A DNA stretch of 64,000 bases, from assembly GCA_039090665.1 (NCBI GenBank), contig JAWCSL010000002.1, positions 1-64,000 of the forward strand. The letters run 5' to 3'. The position numbers and the translations under genes were made by a program. Source of the stretch: Candidatus Aenigmatarchaeota archaeon. GTDB taxonomy: Archaea > Aenigmatarchaeota > Aenigmatarchaeia > CG10238-14 > SCSR01. This document shows positions 37,318 to 47,577 of the stretch, one piece after another. The notes beneath the pieces were generated by a model, which saw nothing but the letters and a program-made list of their open reading frames with translations, was not told where the DNA came from and made no database searches. Position 1 is the stretch's first letter. Each line of letters opens with the position of its first letter.

Positions 37318-38593
37318 AAAATCTCAAATTAACATTGTAGAATTAGTATTCGCGCTAGTAGCTTTATTCATAGCTTTCGGTGTTTTATTTCCAAGCTTTG
37401 GTTATAAAAACAGATGGAAAGAGGCAAACATGATTTTAATTTCTAGAGATTTGATTTTGACTATGGATAGAATAGGGGAGTTGTACAATTATTCTTTTGA
37501 CAAGAAAAAACTAGAAAATTTCTTAAATACAATAATTACTGAAAAAAACTTGATTCCTTGGTCTGAAGTTGAAGGCACGAGCCCAAATGTTTTTGTTATA
37601 GCTTGTAATTGCACAGAAGAGGAAATTAATAAAATGAATTATTGGTTCAATCCCTTAACTTTAAATGGAAGAAGAATTTATTTGTTGTTTCAGAAATCGA
37701 ATTTTGAAGAAATTCCAACTGAAGCTGATGTCCTTTTGATTAAAGGTTATAAAAATCTCACAGGATTTTCTCAAAAATTCAAAAGTTATATAGCAAGAGG
37801 AATAGGAATTGTTGAGATTATGGATTTCAATACTCCAGAAAAAGTAAACCAAGATGATACACAAACAAACATATTTGGATTATGGTGTACTGGAATTGAG
37901 ACTGGACCTGCAGACTACATGATTTTTTCCAAACCAACTAGTGTAAAAAATTTAACATATTTTCCCTTCAAATACTTTTACCATGTTCCTATCATCTTGA
38001 ATGCCTCATCTTCTGAAGCTATAACTGGTTGCGGCTATCAGCCATCCGGAAAAGGTGTTTTTAATTTAGGAGGAAAAAACTATAATTTTTGGATTTGTGA
38101 TGATAATTCTGTTTGGTTTGACATTGATGCGGATGGTACGAGAGATACATTAGTCAATTTGAGACAAAACTTTAAAATAAATGGGTTCAACTTCACTTTG
38201 AATTATATTAATGACAATGCTACAATATCAATTTCGTTCAAACCCGAGTACATCTTCCCAGATTATCTTTCTTATGAAGAAAATGGAAACAAATACCTTC
38301 CGAAAATTTTGCCAATAGAAAGATCACTAGTTAGAGCAATAAAAGGTAGCGAAGAATTTCCAGCAGTAATTTTGAATTCTCCAAAAGTTGCTTGGATGTA
38401 TGATATTGGAGATAACCCTACAGACGAAGAAAAAACTCTTTTGCTTTCTCTCTTGCTCTGGGCTTCTAGAAAAAAGTCTAGCATCCTAACATCAACAATA
38501 AAAACAGGTTTTTCAACTTCTTATGTAAATGTTCAAAATATTGATATGTTTGAAGTTTATAAATTCAGTTTAGGTTTGGCTCATCCCTATTGA
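37289..38593 (+). CDS. Large class III signal peptide protein (minor pilin/adhesin-like)
   Basis: KKSQINIVEL followed by a hydrophobic helix; exact start uncertain. Confidence 0.7.
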   Translation: MAKCYCKFGKKSQINIVELVFALVALFIAFGVLFPSFGYKNRWKEANMILISRDLILTMDRIGELYNYSFDKKKLENFLNTIITEKNLIPWSEVEGTSPNVFVIACNCTEEEINKMNYWFNPLTLNGRRIYLLFQKSNFEEIPTEADVLLIKGYKNLTGFSQKFKSYIARGIGIVEIMDFNTPEKVNQDDTQTNIFGLWCTGIETGPADYMIFSKPTSVKNLTYFPFKYFYHVPIILNASSSEAITGCGYQPSGKGVFNLGGKNYNFWICDDNSVWFDIDADGTRDTLVNLRQNFKINGFNFTLNYINDNATISISFKPEYIFPDYLSYEENGNKYLPKILPIERSLVRAIKGSEEFPAVILNSPKVAWMYDIGDNPTDEEKTLLLSLLLWASRKKSSILTSTIKTGFSTSYVNVQNIDMFEVYKFSLGLAHPY

Positions 38594-40462
38594 TTACTTC
38601 AACCTTAAGGTTTCCAGATTTCTTGGAACATTTGTTTCAATTCTGAAAAGTTTATGTATAGTTCGAGCAAGCTCTAAGGATTTTTGAGCCTCACCATGCC
38701 CAATTATAACTCTATCTGGTCTTGATGCAAGCTTATGGATGAAAGCAAGCAATTGATTTTTGTCAGAGTGTCCACTTAAACCTTCTATGGTATGAACATT
38801 CATTTTCATTTCAATTGAAATGTTTTTTCCTTCTTCATTTTTCACAGGAATTTCTCTCCACCCTTTTTGTATTCTTCTTCCAAGAGTTCCTTCACATTGA
38901 TAACCAACAAAAATCAATGTATTCCTTGGATCTTCGGCCAAAGCTTTTAAGTGTTCTATTGCAGGACCACCTATTAACATTCCGCTTGTAGAAATTATGA
39001 CACATGGTCTTTCTTCCCAAGCTTTTTCTCTATCACTAGGTGAGGCAATTCTTTTGAAAATTGGGTTTAAGAATGGATTTTCTCCTGAGAAGATTTTCTT
39101 TTGTATGTTTCTTGAAAGATACTCTGGATAAGCAGTGAAAATCCCATTTGCATCCCAAATCATACCATCGATAAAAACAGGATATTGAAAATTCTTTTCA
39201 ACTAAAATTGCCATAACTTCTTGAGCTCTTTCGACAGAAAAAGAAGGAATTAAACAAATTCCCTTATTTTCCATAGTAGAATTTATTACACTCATTAATT
39301 GTTTTTCAGTCTCTAGTCTTGATGGCATGATATCTTTTTCACCACCGTAAGTTGATTCAATTATTAGTGTTTCAACTCTTTGGAAATTTGTAAAAGCAGG
39401 TTCTAGCAGAAGAGTTCTTCCAAATTTCTGATCTAAAGCATAGACGATGTTGTGAAGACCATCACCAATATGCAAATGAATTAATGCTGAGCCAAGGATG
39501 TGGCCAGCATTTTGAAATGTTAATCTTACATCTGGCGCCACATCTGAAACTTCACCATATTCAAGAGAAATAGTGTGTTTAACAGCTTCTTTCACACCCT
39601 TTGCAGTGAAGAAAGGTGTCGTCATACTCTTTTGCATGACATCGATGTAGTCAAGCCAGAGCAAAGTTGCCAAATCAACAGTTGGGGTAGTCATGTAGAT
39701 TGGGCCATCATATCCGCGCTCAACAAGAGCTGGAACAAAGCCACAATGATCTAAATGGGCATGTGAAATAATTATAGCATCAAGTTCATTGTAGTCAAAT
39801 TCTTTTGTGTTGAATATAGGATATTGATTTGCGTTTGAAGCACCAACAGAAACACCACAATCCAACAAAACTTTTGATTTTGGTGTTTCTACCAACAAAC
39901 AACTTCTTCCAACTTCTCTAAAACCACCAAGCGCTATTACTCTGATCCAATCTCTGTTTGTGCTTCTTTCACTAAAAATTTTCTCTCCTATTTCATTCAA
40001 ATATTTTTTTCTAAATTTACTTTCTGTATGTAAAACTTTTCTTATGCCATTTATCACATCAGATTTTATTGGAGGAACTCTTTCTATCCTTGGAGTCCAG
40101 AGAGTTTCAGCTTTAATTCTTCTGAAAGTTTCACCACCTTTACCAATCACAAGACCTGGTTTTTCGGCTGCTATGATGACCAAACTTCTTTCAGGCTCAA
40201 AGTATATTTCTTTTATTTTTGCATCTTCAGGTACTATTTCTTTTATTTTTTCTTTTGCTGCTTCTTCTTCCAGACAAAGGTCTTTTTCAAGCCTGACTTC
40301 AATTCTTTTTTTAATTTCACTGACTATTTGTTTCACTATTTCTTCACTTGTTTTGAAAAATTCTCTGTCTTTTGTGTAAACTATAATTTCACATCCTTCA
40401 AGTTCTATTCTACTAGCTACACCTTTCGGTAAAAGACTCTCCACTCTTTTTAGAATTTCCAT
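38594..40462 (-). CDS. fttA: beta-CASP ribonuclease aCPSF1 (FttA)
   Basis: KH domains (PGLVIGKGG), SHAHLDH, AGHILGS, SGHSD; downstream of psmB. Confidence 0.95.
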   Translation of the reverse strand: MEILKRVESLLPKGVASRIELEGCEIIVYTKDREFFKTSEEIVKQIVSEIKKRIEVRLEKDLCLEEEAAKEKIKEIVPEDAKIKEIYFEPERSLVIIAAEKPGLVIGKGGETFRRIKAETLWTPRIERVPPIKSDVINGIRKVLHTESKFRKKYLNEIGEKIFSERSTNRDWIRVIALGGFREVGRSCLLVETPKSKVLLDCGVSVGASNANQYPIFNTKEFDYNELDAIIISHAHLDHCGFVPALVERGYDGPIYMTTPTVDLATLLWLDYIDVMQKSMTTPFFTAKGVKEAVKHTISLEYGEVSDVAPDVRLTFQNAGHILGSALIHLHIGDGLHNIVYALDQKFGRTLLLEPAFTNFQRVETLIIESTYGGEKDIMPSRLETEKQLMSVINSTMENKGICLIPSFSVERAQEVMAILVEKNFQYPVFIDGMIWDANGIFTAYPEYLSRNIQKKIFSGENPFLNPIFKRIASPSDREKAWEERPCVIISTSGMLIGGPAIEHLKALAEDPRNTLIFVGYQCEGTLGRRIQKGWREIPVKNEEGKNISIEMKMNVHTIEGLSGHSDKNQLLAFIHKLASRPDRVIIGHGEAQKSLELARTIHKLFRIETNVPRNLETLRLK

Positions 40463-40476
40463 TTCAATCCCAAGTT

Positions 40477-41121
40477 TTACTTGTTTATATCTTCTAGAGA
40501 TTCGTATCTTGTGATCTTAATTCCATCTTTTGTGATAACAGCAACATCAGCGCCTTTACCACCAGATGCTATATCACGCTCAACAGCAGCCTTTATTGCT
40601 CTCAAAGCAATTTTCTTTCCTTCTTCAACAGAGATGTTATCTCTATAACTATCTTCCAACACACCTAGAGCCATAGGCGATCCTGAGCCCGTAGAAAAAA
40701 ATCTTTTTTCTTCTTCCCAGCCACCAACAGCATCTAAGCTGAAAATTCTAGGCCCAGTATCATCATATCCTGCTAAAATGAGTTGAACATAGTAAGGGAA
40801 AAACTTGCTTCCTTGTAGAATGTTTGCAAGCAGAGTACAAGCTCCTTTTACAGAAATTTTTCTCTGGTTTTGAATTTCAAAGAGCTTGAGCTCAGCTCTC
40901 ATATATCTTGCTAAAGTTTGAGCATCTCCGCTTACACCAGCTATGGTCATTGCTATATGGTCAGCTATTGGTAAAATCTTTTCTGATTCTTTGCTTGCTA
41001 TCAAGTAACCCATAGTTGATTTTTTCTCTGCAGCTAGCACTACACCATCCTTGCAAATCAAGCCCACTGTAGTAGTACCGGTTTTCATCACTTCAGGCTT
41101 TTCTTCATCTAATTTTGCCAA
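40477..41121 (-). CDS. psmB: Proteasome subunit beta
   Basis: Propeptide then TGTTTVG, TGSGS, RDIASG. Confidence 0.95.
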   Translation of the reverse strand: MAKLDEEKPEVMKTGTTTVGLICKDGVVLAAEKKSTMGYLIASKESEKILPIADHIAMTIAGVSGDAQTLARYMRAELKLFEIQNQRKISVKGACTLLANILQGSKFFPYYVQLILAGYDDTGPRIFSLDAVGGWEEEKRFFSTGSGSPMALGVLEDSYRDNISVEEGKKIALRAIKAAVERDIASGGKGADVAVITKDGIKITRYESLEDINK

Positions 41122-41216
41122 GTTATCACCAAGAAATTGGATAATTTTAATTATGCATTTAGTTTTAAATAGATTTCGGGTTAAAAAATAAATATTTACT
41201 TTAATAAATAATTTAT

Positions 41217-44200
41217 ATGAAAAAATGGCTTGTCTTTATATTTTTAACATTATTTTTGCTACCTTCTGTAGGTTTTGCAGTTGATTGTGATTATGATTGT
41301 AGACATCGTGGTGGAATAGGAGAATGTACAGGTTGGGCATATTCTTCCTGTTCATCAGGTTATATAGAAGGAAAGGGAAGTTGTAAGGGTTGGTGGGTTT
41401 TTACACCAAAATGCTGTTGTCGACCTGTGATTACCGTATCACATTCACCGACTCAAGTAACTAATAAAGATAAAGTTACATATACTGCTAAACTCTTGGT
41501 TAGTATGCCCATAACACAATTATCAATTATAGTAAAAAGTGACGCTGGAAGCAGTATGAATTCTTGCACGTCTTCCGAGTGCTCTTTAACAGCCGGGCCA
41601 TATAAGGCAGGCACTACTGTTATTTACCAAGCTATTGTAAATCCTGTAATGGGAGGTTCAATCTTTACAGAGGAAAAATCTTTCACAGTAGGGGCAACGA
41701 AAGAATGTGATCGTAATAAGTGGAGTGAATGTGTTGTAGACTGTAAAAACAAATGTGGGATTTTAAAAGGAACAGAGAGAAATGAATGTGGTGAAGAAAG
41801 AGGATGTAGTAAAGACTGTGGAAGCTGCCCATCTGGTTATGAATGTAGAAATAATAGATGTGAAAAGATTGGGGAAGAGGCTCCTATAACCACATGTGCT
41901 AGAAGCAATCCTAGTATTAGCGTTAACCCTTCCTCTTATACAGCAACTGCAGGTACTGAAAAAGAATACGAAGTGACAGTTAAAAATAATAATCAGAATT
42001 GTAAGGATAGTGTTTTTATCCTTGAAGCTTCTTGTCCACCAGGCTGGGATTGTTCTTGGTCTCCATCTTCACTTACAATATCTTCTGGATCGTCTGCAAA
42101 ATCCACACTAAAGGTTAGATCTTCTGCAAAAGAATCCCCAGGATTATTTAGAATAAAAATTGTTGTTTCAGACAAAGAGTCATCTGTTTATAGAGCATCA
42201 ACTTATGTAGACTATATGGTTTTTTCAGGACAACAACCTTCCTTAGGAAGAGAAGAAGGAGAAGCCCTCTCAGTGACTACCACAATCCCATCTTGCCCAA
42301 TCTGTTCCCAACCATCTCAACTCCCCTGTCAATGTGGTAATAGTAGAGTTGACTGTGCTTACGGCTATTGTTATTGTTCTGCCAAAGGCCAGGTTCATTA
42401 CTCTATACAGGATTGTGAAAAGGCTAGCAATTATCTAACCCTCTCTTTAAGCCCGAGCAAATCAACTTATGCTCCAAATGAAGAAATAACAGTCAACGTT
42501 GAGGGTTATGCTTTTAACCAAATAGGTGGAATTTACATTTATGATGTTCAAGGATCTTCTACTTCGACAACCTATTGTGGAGAATTTCAAGCAGCAAATA
42601 GGCCGGTAAAATGTAGCCAAAAAATAAGCTTCCCTTCAGAAGCATCTAGGATTTGTGTGAAGGCAAAGATGCATGTTTACTACTACAACTATGATGTATA
42701 CTCGAATGAAGTTTGCTTCCAAGTCAAAACCCCCACCCCAGATACTACCCCACCTTCTACCTATATCTCACCCAATGGCAATTCATGGACAAATAAAGAT
42801 ATTAGCTTCACTTTAAGTTGTAGCGACTCTAATTCAGGTTGCTCCGAAACAAGATATTCTATCATCGATTCAACTGACAATTGTCCTTACTATGAGAACT
42901 TAGCTAATAAAGGAATGCAAGGCACAATTGCTTGTCCATCATCTCAAGTTTGTAAAAAAGTAGTTTGTTATGCAAGCAAAGACAATGCGGGCAACATTGA
43001 AGTAATAAGAAGAAGCAATATTTTCTACATAGACAAAATACCGCCCACAATTGACATAAAAATTTCAGAATCTTTACCAACAATCAATACTAGAGTTGCT
43101 TTCATTGCTACAGGAAGCGATGCAGATTCTGGAGTAGATTACATAGAAATATTTGTAGATGATATTTCACGCTATAAATGTGCTTCTACTTCGTGTACTT
43201 ATTTGGGTGAGCCTTATCCAGTGGGAACTCACACATATTTTGGGGCAATTAAAGATAAAGCAGGGAATTATGTTCAAACGTCTAAAAAGACTTTTACAGT
43301 TATGCAATCACCTCCTTGTACAGGCTCAATTTCCCTGAAATTATCACCAAATCCTGCTCAAACAAGCTCAAAAGTGACAGCCACAGTCTCAGGATTAGTT
43401 TACTGTGATAATAGAGAAGTTAAAATTATTAAACCCGATAGAACAACACTTACTTGTAAAGTTTCAGGTTCAGGTTGTTCAGTAAGTTTTGACGCTCCTA
43501 GCACTGAAGGAGAATATGTTTATTATGCTGGAGTTGATATTAACGGAGATATGGATACTTCGGATGAAGGTGAGACTTCCTCTGCAGTTTTGAAGGTAAG
43601 TAAGCCAACTCAAATCCCATCTTGCCCAATCTGTTCCCAACCATCTCAACTCCCCTGTCAATGTGGTAATAGTAGAGTTGACTGTGCTTACGGCTATTGT
43701 TATTGTTCTGCCAAAGGCCAGGTTCATTACTCTATACAGGATTGTGAAAAGGCTAGCAATTATCTAACCCTCTCTTTAAGCCCGAGCAAATCAACTTATG
43801 CTCCAAATGAAGAAATAACAGTCAACGTTGAGGGTTATGCTTTTAACCAAATAGGTGGAATTTACATTTATGATGTTCAAGGATCTTCTACTTCGACAAC
43901 CTATTGTGGAGAATTTCAAGCAGCAAATAGGCCGGTAAAATGTAGCCAAAAAATAAGCTTCCCTTCAGAAGCATCTAGGATTTGTGTGAAGGCAAAGATG
44001 CATGTTTACTACTACAACTATGATGTATACTCGAATGAAGTTTGCTTCCAAGTCAAAACCCCCACCCCAGATACTACTCTTATTCAAACATCTCTTTCCC
44101 AATCAGTTTATCCGCCAAGCCCCCAACCCCAAGGCACCACAGTAATTTTTCTGTGTGACTATACTGCCAACAACCAAGATGTTACAGGGGCAACTTGTTA

Positions 44201-44645
44201 TGTGAACATAGATGGAAAATCCTATTCAACAACTTATGGACAATATGTAAGTGGTGGCTATTATGCTTATGGTTATTCCACATCTTCCCTTTCAGCAGGC
44301 ACTCACTCTTGGTATTGCAGCTGCTCTAAATCAGGCTACCAAAGCCAAGTAGGAAGCACACAAAGTTACACAATTACCTCAGTCTCTACAACCACCACAA
44401 CCTCACCGCCTTACACACCTTGTCCTTCAGGCTATAGCTGCGTTCCAAGCTACGGTGTTTCAAACTTTTGTCAAGGTTGTGGGTATAGTGGAATGAGGTG
44501 TGATTGTCAAGGTCAAACAAGAGCTTGCAATCAAAACGGTGACAACTACTGTTGCAGATGTGTCAGATATAGTTCTCAACCTGTGCCAGCCGGAATTTTA
44601 AGCAGCTTGTGGGACTTCATCAAAAGCATCTTTGGTATACAATAG
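41217..44645 (+). CDS. Large secreted Cys-rich multi-Ig-like surface protein
   Basis: Signal peptide, many Cys, DTTPP/DKAGN Ig-like junctions, Thr-rich linkers, amphipathic C-terminus LWDFIKSIFG. Confidence 0.8.
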   Translation: MKKWLVFIFLTLFLLPSVGFAVDCDYDCRHRGGIGECTGWAYSSCSSGYIEGKGSCKGWWVFTPKCCCRPVITVSHSPTQVTNKDKVTYTAKLLVSMPITQLSIIVKSDAGSSMNSCTSSECSLTAGPYKAGTTVIYQAIVNPVMGGSIFTEEKSFTVGATKECDRNKWSECVVDCKNKCGILKGTERNECGEERGCSKDCGSCPSGYECRNNRCEKIGEEAPITTCARSNPSISVNPSSYTATAGTEKEYEVTVKNNNQNCKDSVFILEASCPPGWDCSWSPSSLTISSGSSAKSTLKVRSSAKESPGLFRIKIVVSDKESSVYRASTYVDYMVFSGQQPSLGREEGEALSVTTTIPSCPICSQPSQLPCQCGNSRVDCAYGYCYCSAKGQVHYSIQDCEKASNYLTLSLSPSKSTYAPNEEITVNVEGYAFNQIGGIYIYDVQGSSTSTTYCGEFQAANRPVKCSQKISFPSEASRICVKAKMHVYYYNYDVYSNEVCFQVKTPTPDTTPPSTYISPNGNSWTNKDISFTLSCSDSNSGCSETRYSIIDSTDNCPYYENLANKGMQGTIACPSSQVCKKVVCYASKDNAGNIEVIRRSNIFYIDKIPPTIDIKISESLPTINTRVAFIATGSDADSGVDYIEIFVDDISRYKCASTSCTYLGEPYPVGTHTYFGAIKDKAGNYVQTSKKTFTVMQSPPCTGSISLKLSPNPAQTSSKVTATVSGLVYCDNREVKIIKPDRTTLTCKVSGSGCSVSFDAPSTEGEYVYYAGVDINGDMDTSDEGETSSAVLKVSKPTQIPSCPICSQPSQLPCQCGNSRVDCAYGYCYCSAKGQVHYSIQDCEKASNYLTLSLSPSKSTYAPNEEITVNVEGYAFNQIGGIYIYDVQGSSTSTTYCGEFQAANRPVKCSQKISFPSEASRICVKAKMHVYYYNYDVYSNEVCFQVKTPTPDTTLIQTSLSQSVYPPSPQPQGTTVIFLCDYTANNQDVTGATCYVNIDGKSYSTTYGQYVSGGYYAYGYSTSSLSAGTHSWYCSCSKSGYQSQVGSTQSYTITSVSTTTTTSPPYTPCPSGYSCVPSYGVSNFCQGCGYSGMRCDCQGQTRACNQNGDNYCCRCVRYSSQPVPAGILSSLWDFIKSIFGIQ
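42284..44077 (+). repeat. 465-bp intragenic direct repeat (42284-42748 and 43613-44077)
   Basis: Copies read as identical, offset 1329 bp (in frame); identical peptide twice in the ORF. Confidence 0.9.
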
Positions 44646-44678
44646 AACTTTTTATTTAGCCTAAAAATAAATTCAATT

Positions 44679-45117
44679 ATGGTCAAAGATCAAAAATCTC
44701 CCATTATTCTATTAATTCTGTTATTCTCATTTCTCGCTATAACATTTCTTTAAAAAACCAGAAATCTCTACAAAAGAAACAAGCACAACAACTTTACCAC
44801 AATGCAGATTTGATGAAGAAACACAAAAATGTGTAGGGTCTTGCGGTGAAGGCTTTGAGTGCAGAATTTCACCTCTGGCAGTTCTCCCACCTGTCTGTGA
44901 GTGCTTCCCAACTACTACCACAACAACACATGCTGAATTGCCTGCAAGCAAATACAGCGGAACTAATTCTCGCGTTTGTAGCTATGGTTTCAAGTATGAT
45001 TGTTTGATCTCCAAGTGTTGCTATTGGGATTCAAATCTCTCCAAATGCAAACCTAGACCTCGCTCAGATATAGAAACAAATTATTGCATAAGCTGTGGTT
45101 GTATTTTATCTCAATAA
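44679..45117 (+). pseudogene. Membrane-anchored Cys-rich protein split by a +1 frameshift (not in the ORF track)
   Basis: ATG 44679 frame encodes a TM and ends TTT CTT TAA (44745-44753); the +1 frame is open from 44743 to 45117 with 14 Cys. Confidence 0.7.
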
Positions 45118-46556
45118 GATTTGGCCAAATAAACAACTTCCTTTGCTTCTTTCCCACAATAAATACAATTAGAAAATATTTTTTCTTTTTTGAATGGAAT
45201 TATTCTGATAGTTGCTCCAGTTTCTTCTTTTATTTTTTCTTCACAACTCTCTTCACCACACCAACACACTTTTAAAAAACCACCCTTTTCTTCCAGAATT
45301 TTTTTGAATTCTTCATAGTCTTTTGGAGTGAAAGTGTTTTTCCTTAAAAACTCCTTTGCTTTCTTGAACAAGTTTTCTTGTATCTTTTCCATCAGCTCAA
45401 AGATTTTCTTAACAGTTTGCTTATCTTTCACAACAATTCTTTTAGACTCGTCTCTTCTGACAAGCGTCACTTGTTTTTTGCTCAAATCTTTTGGTCCAAT
45501 CTCAACCCTTATAGGAACTCCTTTTAATTCCCATTCATTGAATTTCCAACCAGGAGTGTAAATTTCCCTATCATCTAGCAAAGCCGAAATACCAGCCTTT
45601 TTCAATTCCTCCAAAACTTCTTTAGCTTTTTTCAAAACTTTTCTTTTTTCCACTTCTTTATAAAATATAGGCACGATCACAACTTGAATAGGTGCAATTT
45701 TGGGTGGCAAAATTAAACCTTTATCATCTCCATGTACCATAACTAAAGCTCCAATTAAACGAGTAGAGATGCCCCAGCTAGTTTGCCAAACATAATTTTC
45801 TTTACCATTCTTATCCATAAACTTTATTTTGAAAGCTTTTGAAAAATTTTGACCCAAATTGTGAGAAGTACCCATCTGTAAAGCTTTACCATCTGGCATA
45901 AGTGCTTCTAGGGTTGTGGTGTAGAGAGCCCCAGCAAACTTTTCTTTTTCACTCTTTTTTCCCACAAGCACGGGAATAGCTAAATATTTTTCCATGAGCT
46001 CTTGATAAAGTTTTAAAATCTTCATCACTTCTTCATCAGCTTCTTCTTTTGTTTTGTGAGCTGTATGACCTTCTTGCCATAAGAACTCACTTGTTCTTAT
46101 AAAAGGTTTTGTTGATTTTATTTCGGCCCTTGTTATATTGCACCATTGATTCAAAAGAACAGGCAAATCTCTCCAGCTTCTTATCCATTTAGAATAAAAA
46201 TGGTAAATTATTGTTTCCGAGGTTGGTCTTATTGCAAGCCTTTCACCAAGCTTGTTATCTCCAGAATGTGTCACCCAAAAAACTTCTGGGACAAATCCTT
46301 TAAAATGTTCAGCTTCTTTCTTCAAGAAGCTTTCTGGTATTAGTAAAGGGAAGTAAGCATTTTTGTGTCCAGAGTCTTTCAACATTTTGTCAAAAATTTG
46401 ATGAATTTTTTCCCATATTTCAAATCCATATTCTCTTATAGCCATCGTGCCTTGAACTGGACCATAATCAGCTAAGCCAGATTTCAAAACCACTTGAGAA
46501 TACCATTCTGAAAAGTTCTCTGATTTTTTTACAGTAATTCCTTCTTGCTCACTCAT
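45111..46556 (-). CDS. proS: Proline-tRNA ligase (archaeal/eukaryotic type)
   Basis: RPTSET, FLWQEGH, TSWGISTR, C-terminal AKSY. Confidence 0.97.
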   Translation of the reverse strand: MSEQEGITVKKSENFSEWYSQVVLKSGLADYGPVQGTMAIREYGFEIWEKIHQIFDKMLKDSGHKNAYFPLLIPESFLKKEAEHFKGFVPEVFWVTHSGDNKLGERLAIRPTSETIIYHFYSKWIRSWRDLPVLLNQWCNITRAEIKSTKPFIRTSEFLWQEGHTAHKTKEEADEEVMKILKLYQELMEKYLAIPVLVGKKSEKEKFAGALYTTTLEALMPDGKALQMGTSHNLGQNFSKAFKIKFMDKNGKENYVWQTSWGISTRLIGALVMVHGDDKGLILPPKIAPIQVVIVPIFYKEVEKRKVLKKAKEVLEELKKAGISALLDDREIYTPGWKFNEWELKGVPIRVEIGPKDLSKKQVTLVRRDESKRIVVKDKQTVKKIFELMEKIQENLFKKAKEFLRKNTFTPKDYEEFKKILEEKGGFLKVCWCGEESCEEKIKEETGATIRIIPFKKEKIFSNCIYCGKEAKEVVYLAKSY

Positions 46557-46596
46557 ACTTAAAATTATTCTAACTTTTATATAAAATAAAATTGAT

Positions 46597-47544
46597 ATGA
46601 GGTTTAGGTTTAGACCAAGCTATTTGAAGTTGATTGAATCAGGAAAGATGGAAGAAAGAATAGAAAAACTTTACAAGATTTTGGAGAAATGTGAGCTATG
46701 TCCAAGGAAATGTCATATAAACAGACTTGTTGGAGAAAAAGGAGTTTGTCGATCTGGCTTGAAGCTAAAAATTTCTAGTTTTTTTCCACATTTTGGTGAG
46801 GAAGATGTTTTGGTTGGAACTCATGGTTCTGGTACAATTTTTTTATCCAATTGTAGTTTGAGATGTGTGTATTGCCAAAATTACGAGATTTCTCATTTGG
46901 GGGAAGGAAAAGAGTTTTCAGAAGAAGAAGTTTCTGAGATGATGTTAAGCTTGCAAAAAATGGGTTGTCATAACATTAATCTTGTAACACCAACTCATTT
47001 TGCTCCCCAGCTCGTCAAAGCTATAAAAATTGCTGGTGAAAAAGGTTTAAGGTTACCAATAGTTTGGAATTGTGGTGGTTATGAGAATGTTAAAGTTATC
47101 AAACTACTTGACGGAATAGTTGATATTTATATGCCAGATATTAAATATGGAAGCAACGAAGGAGCTAAGAAATATTCTGACCCACCAGTCCAAGATTATT
47201 GGGACAGATGTAAAGAAGCGGTAAAAGAAATGTATCACCAAGTTGGAGATCTGAAAGTTGAAAATGGCTTGGCTATAAGAGGTTTGTTGATAAGACATTT
47301 AGTTTTACCCAACAACATAGCAGAAACTTTCAATGTTCTAAATTTCATAGCAAAAGAAATTTCCCCAAACAGCTATGTAAACATAATGTCTCAATACTAT
47401 CCAGCAGGAAAAGTTTTGCTTAAACCAGAAAAGTATCCTGAACTCACGAAAAGTATAAGAGAGGATTATAAAAAGGCAATAGAGCTAGCTTTCAAGTTTA
47501 ATTTGATAAGAGGTTTGGAAGAAAGACAGCTCAAAAGAATTTAA
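46597..47544 (+). CDS. Radical SAM protein (PflX-like)
   Basis: CELCPRKC, CSLRCVYCQN, YMPDIKYG, IRHLVLP. Confidence 0.85.
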   Translation: MRFRFRPSYLKLIESGKMEERIEKLYKILEKCELCPRKCHINRLVGEKGVCRSGLKLKISSFFPHFGEEDVLVGTHGSGTIFLSNCSLRCVYCQNYEISHLGEGKEFSEEEVSEMMLSLQKMGCHNINLVTPTHFAPQLVKAIKIAGEKGLRLPIVWNCGGYENVKVIKLLDGIVDIYMPDIKYGSNEGAKKYSDPPVQDYWDRCKEAVKEMYHQVGDLKVENGLAIRGLLIRHLVLPNNIAETFNVLNFIAKEISPNSYVNIMSQYYPAGKVLLKPEKYPELTKSIREDYKKAIELAFKFNLIRGLEERQLKRI

Positions 47545-47577
47545 ATAACTTCGGTTTCATACTTTAAGTAGGGTGTC

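Noticed and set aside
44727..44951. 74-aa minus-strand ORF
   Set aside because: Antisense shadow of the frameshifted Cys-rich + strand gene
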